This document shows, one piece after another, positions 61,054-64,000 of a stretch of 64,000 nt of DNA. Each line of letters begins with the position of its first letter. The first letter of the stretch is position 1. The position numbers were made by a program, and so were the translations under genes. Under the pieces are notes generated by a model. The model did no database searches and was not told where the DNA came from. It was given only the letters and a program-made list of their open reading frames with translations. The DNA lies in NCBI RefSeq assembly GCF_963921235.1, contig NC_086107.1, positions 92,630,001 through 92,694,000 of the forward strand, written 5' to 3'. The DNA is from Mobula hypostoma (Eukaryota).

Positions 61054-62619
61054 TACATGTGACAAACATAGCTAATCTTAAAACCAGAAGATCATAAGAT
61101 ATAGGAGCAGTATAAGGCTATTCAGCCCAACTAGTTTGTTCTGCTATTCCATCATGGCTGATTTATTGTCCCTTTCAACCCCCATTTTACTGTCTTCTCC
61201 CCATAATTTTTGACACCCTGACTCAAGAACCTATTAAAACTCAACTTTACATATATCAAATGACTTGGCCTCCACACCCATGAATTCCACAGACCCACCA
61301 TCCTCTGGCCAAAGAAATTGCTCCCCATTTCTGTTCAAGATGGCATCCATCTTTTCTGAGTCTGTGCCCTTCGGTCCTAGACTCTTGCACTATTGGAAAC
61401 ATCCTCTCCACGTCCACTTATCTTAAATCCAAGATCGGAAGATTTTTGATGGGTCAAAGATACGTGCTTTGACCTGGGGGGATCGAGGGATTTAGATCAC
61501 AACTCATTCAGAATTGTGATAGATTATTTGAACAGCCTCTAGAAGCTGAATGAAGCTCCTCCGGCCCCACTAAAATGCAAATCGTAAAGAGCATCAGCAG
61601 TGATTGAAGAGTTAATTCAAGTGATTAGTTAAACAGCTCAGCGCGTAAACTCTGCTTCTCATGACAATGGTAGAGGGGGTGAGTTTCAATCAGCCAAGGT
61701 TTGATTTCTTTTAAATGTTAAGCATTTTAATCATTATAGTGGTGGCAGTCTGTCAGTGGGAGTTCCTTGGCTCTCTGTCAAGAAGCGCGAGTTACTCACA
61801 GAAACAGAAGAATACTATCTCTCAGCTTCTCGAGGGCGTACGCACCACTCGGCATCCAGAACCCAAGGTTCTTCCAAAAAATTCTTGGATTGAGATTAGT
61901 TCGGTGTGTGGTGGGTGGTCGGAGGAGTTCACTTCTCAATAGTCTCCGCAGAAATGTTTTTACATAATGGTTTCTCAGTAACAACCCCCTCCATCCCTGG
62001 GCTGGCTTCCTCAACGAACAGCACTAGGCAAAGCAGATGATTCTGTCACGCATCACATTAGTGTTTATGGGAGTCTGCTGTGGGATATATTGGCAACCAC
62101 ATCTCCTGCAGTTCAAAAGTGGCCGTGTTTCTAAATGCATCCCACTGTGAATATTTTACCAGAATTAGTTCCAGGCTGGTTACACATTCTTCCTCCTCTG
62201 CAGCATGAGCTGAGGATGGTTCAGAATTTAAGGCACATTAGATGGGAGGTTACAGCTGAGAGGCCTGGGTTAAAATCCAGTCCTGGCCCATGTGGTGGAC
62301 AATCTGTCTTGATTGTTGTTGCTGTGTTCAAACTGGCTTTTGATTAGGCAGAAATATTTTTAACAAAATATAAATTACCTGGGGAATTGTCAGGCTTAGT
62401 GGCTTATCATATTTATGTTTCCTGCAGCTACAGGTTCCATATATCATATGTTCCTACAAAGTAGAAGTCCATTTGGTCCATCCATTCTATGCTGGCTCAC
62501 AGAGCAATCCCATTTTACCACTGGGTTTCCTTTGAAACAGATACAATTGTGCTGTTTAAGAGGCTGGTAGATTGAGACATGAATATGCATGGAATGTAGA
62601 TCTTGTACAAGCAGAAGCT

Positions 62620-63700
62620 TGGCATTTATATTAATGATTTGGATGATAATGTGGTTAACTGGATCAGCAAATTTGAGGATGACACTAAGATTGGGGGTGT
62701 AGTAGACAACGAGGCTATCAAAGCTTGCAGAGAGATCTGGACCAGCTGGAAAAATGGGCTGAGAAATGGCAGATGGGATTTAATGCAGATAAGTGTGAAG
62801 TGTTGTATTTTGGATGCACAAGCCAGGGTAAGATTTACACAGTGAACGGCAGGGCACTAAGGATTACGGTAGAACAACAGGATCTGGGAATACAGATCCA
62901 TAATTCCTTCAAAGTGGCATCACAGGTAGTTAGGGTCGTAAGGAGAGCTTTTGGCACATTGGCACATTATCTACAGGAAAGATATCAACGAGATTGAAGG
63001 AGTACATAGAAAATTTACAAAGACATTGCTGGAACTTGAGGACCTGAGTTACAGGGAAAGGTTCAAAAGGTTAGGACATTATACTTCATACTTTATTGTG
63101 GCCAAACAATTGATACTAGAACGTACAATCATCATAGCGATATTTGATTCTGTGCTTCCCGCTCCCTGGATTTCAAATCGATAGTAAATATTAAAAATTT
63201 AAATTATAAATCATAAATAGAAAATAGAAAAATGGAAAGTAAGGTAGTGCAAAAAAACTGAGAGGCAGGTCCGGATATTTGAAGGGTACAGCCCAGATCC
63301 GGGTCAGGATCCGTTCAGCAGTTTTATCACAGCATTCCCTGGAGTTTAGGAGAATGAGGGGATTTGATAGAGCTATACAAAATTATGAGGGGTATAGATA
63401 GGATAAATACAATCAAGCTTTTTCCACGGAGGTTCGAGAGTCTAGAACTAGAGGTCATGGGTGTAATGTTTAAGGGTTACCAGAGGAGGAACTTCACCCA
63501 CAGGTTGGTGAGGGTGTGGAACAAGTGGCAGAGGATGGTTTGATTGCAGCATTTAAGAGCAGTTTGGATAAGCACATGGACGGTGAGGAGAGCTATCATC
63601 CAAGTGTAGATCAATGGGATGAGGCAGAGAATCAGATTGGCACGGACTAGATGGGCCAAAGGGCCTACTTCAGTACTGTAGGGCTGTATGGCTCTAGAAC
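62620..63700 (+). mobile_element. CR1 LINE fragment with a nested antisense LINE 3' end (about 63080-63332)
   Basis: IYINDLDD..ISKFEDDTKIGG, QRDLDQLEKWAEKWQMGFN. Confidence 0.85.
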
Positions 63701-64000
63701 TCGAAGTGAGTTAGTTTAATTCGGTGTAGACATCATGGGCCTGTCTCGAGCTGATCTGTTCCACTTCCAACAATCCATGTTCTGTCCTCCTCATATTCCC
63801 ATTGACTCTCTCCAGATTCTGCTTCTCACCTACCCACCTGAGGAAATTTGCAGTCGACAATTTCCCTTTCCAAGCCAATATCTTTGGGATGTGGGAGGGG
63901 TTCAGAGGCCTTGGAGGGAAACTCACATACTCAGCTATAAACTCCAGACAGACAGCACCAGCAGGTCTCTTTGTGTTGTAAGGTAGTGTCCGTACAGACC

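Noticed and set aside
63945..63965. REST/NRSE site
   Set aside because: Only a half-site-like gacagcacc; no full motif seen in the window.

Overview
Vertebrate genomic DNA, most likely a batoid (ray/skate): the protein is nearly identical, from memory, to electric-ray synaptotagmin-C, and the repeats are typical of cartilaginous fish. The window holds the first five coding exons of SYT3 (synaptotagmin-3) on the + strand: 670-823, 29175-29562, 30841-31390, 54697-54817 and 55772-55943. All introns are GT-AG with consistent phases (1385 nt, 461 codons + 2 nt); the end of C2B lies beyond the window. The introns are packed with decayed TEs: CR1 and Rex1/Babar-like LINEs, Penelope-like elements (PLE; RT + GIY-YIG), Tc1 derivatives, MITEs and tRNA-derived SINEs. 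Almost every other ORF in the track is TE debris or spurious. The main hidden signal is about 20 copies of a minimal type-I hammerhead ribozyme motif (cagtc-CUGANGA-a-stem II-GAAAC-GUC-gactg) in the PLE terminal repeat, one fully intact (26129-26164, minus strand). Several sit in short, non-coding, TSD-flanked fold-back units, some inverting at the ribozyme itself. Other points: a LINE supplies most of the exon 3 acceptor region, a putative composite MITE transposon carries cargo, and a 49-bp phased CCAAT array lies in intron 3. TE boundaries are approximate unless a TSD or TIR is quoted.
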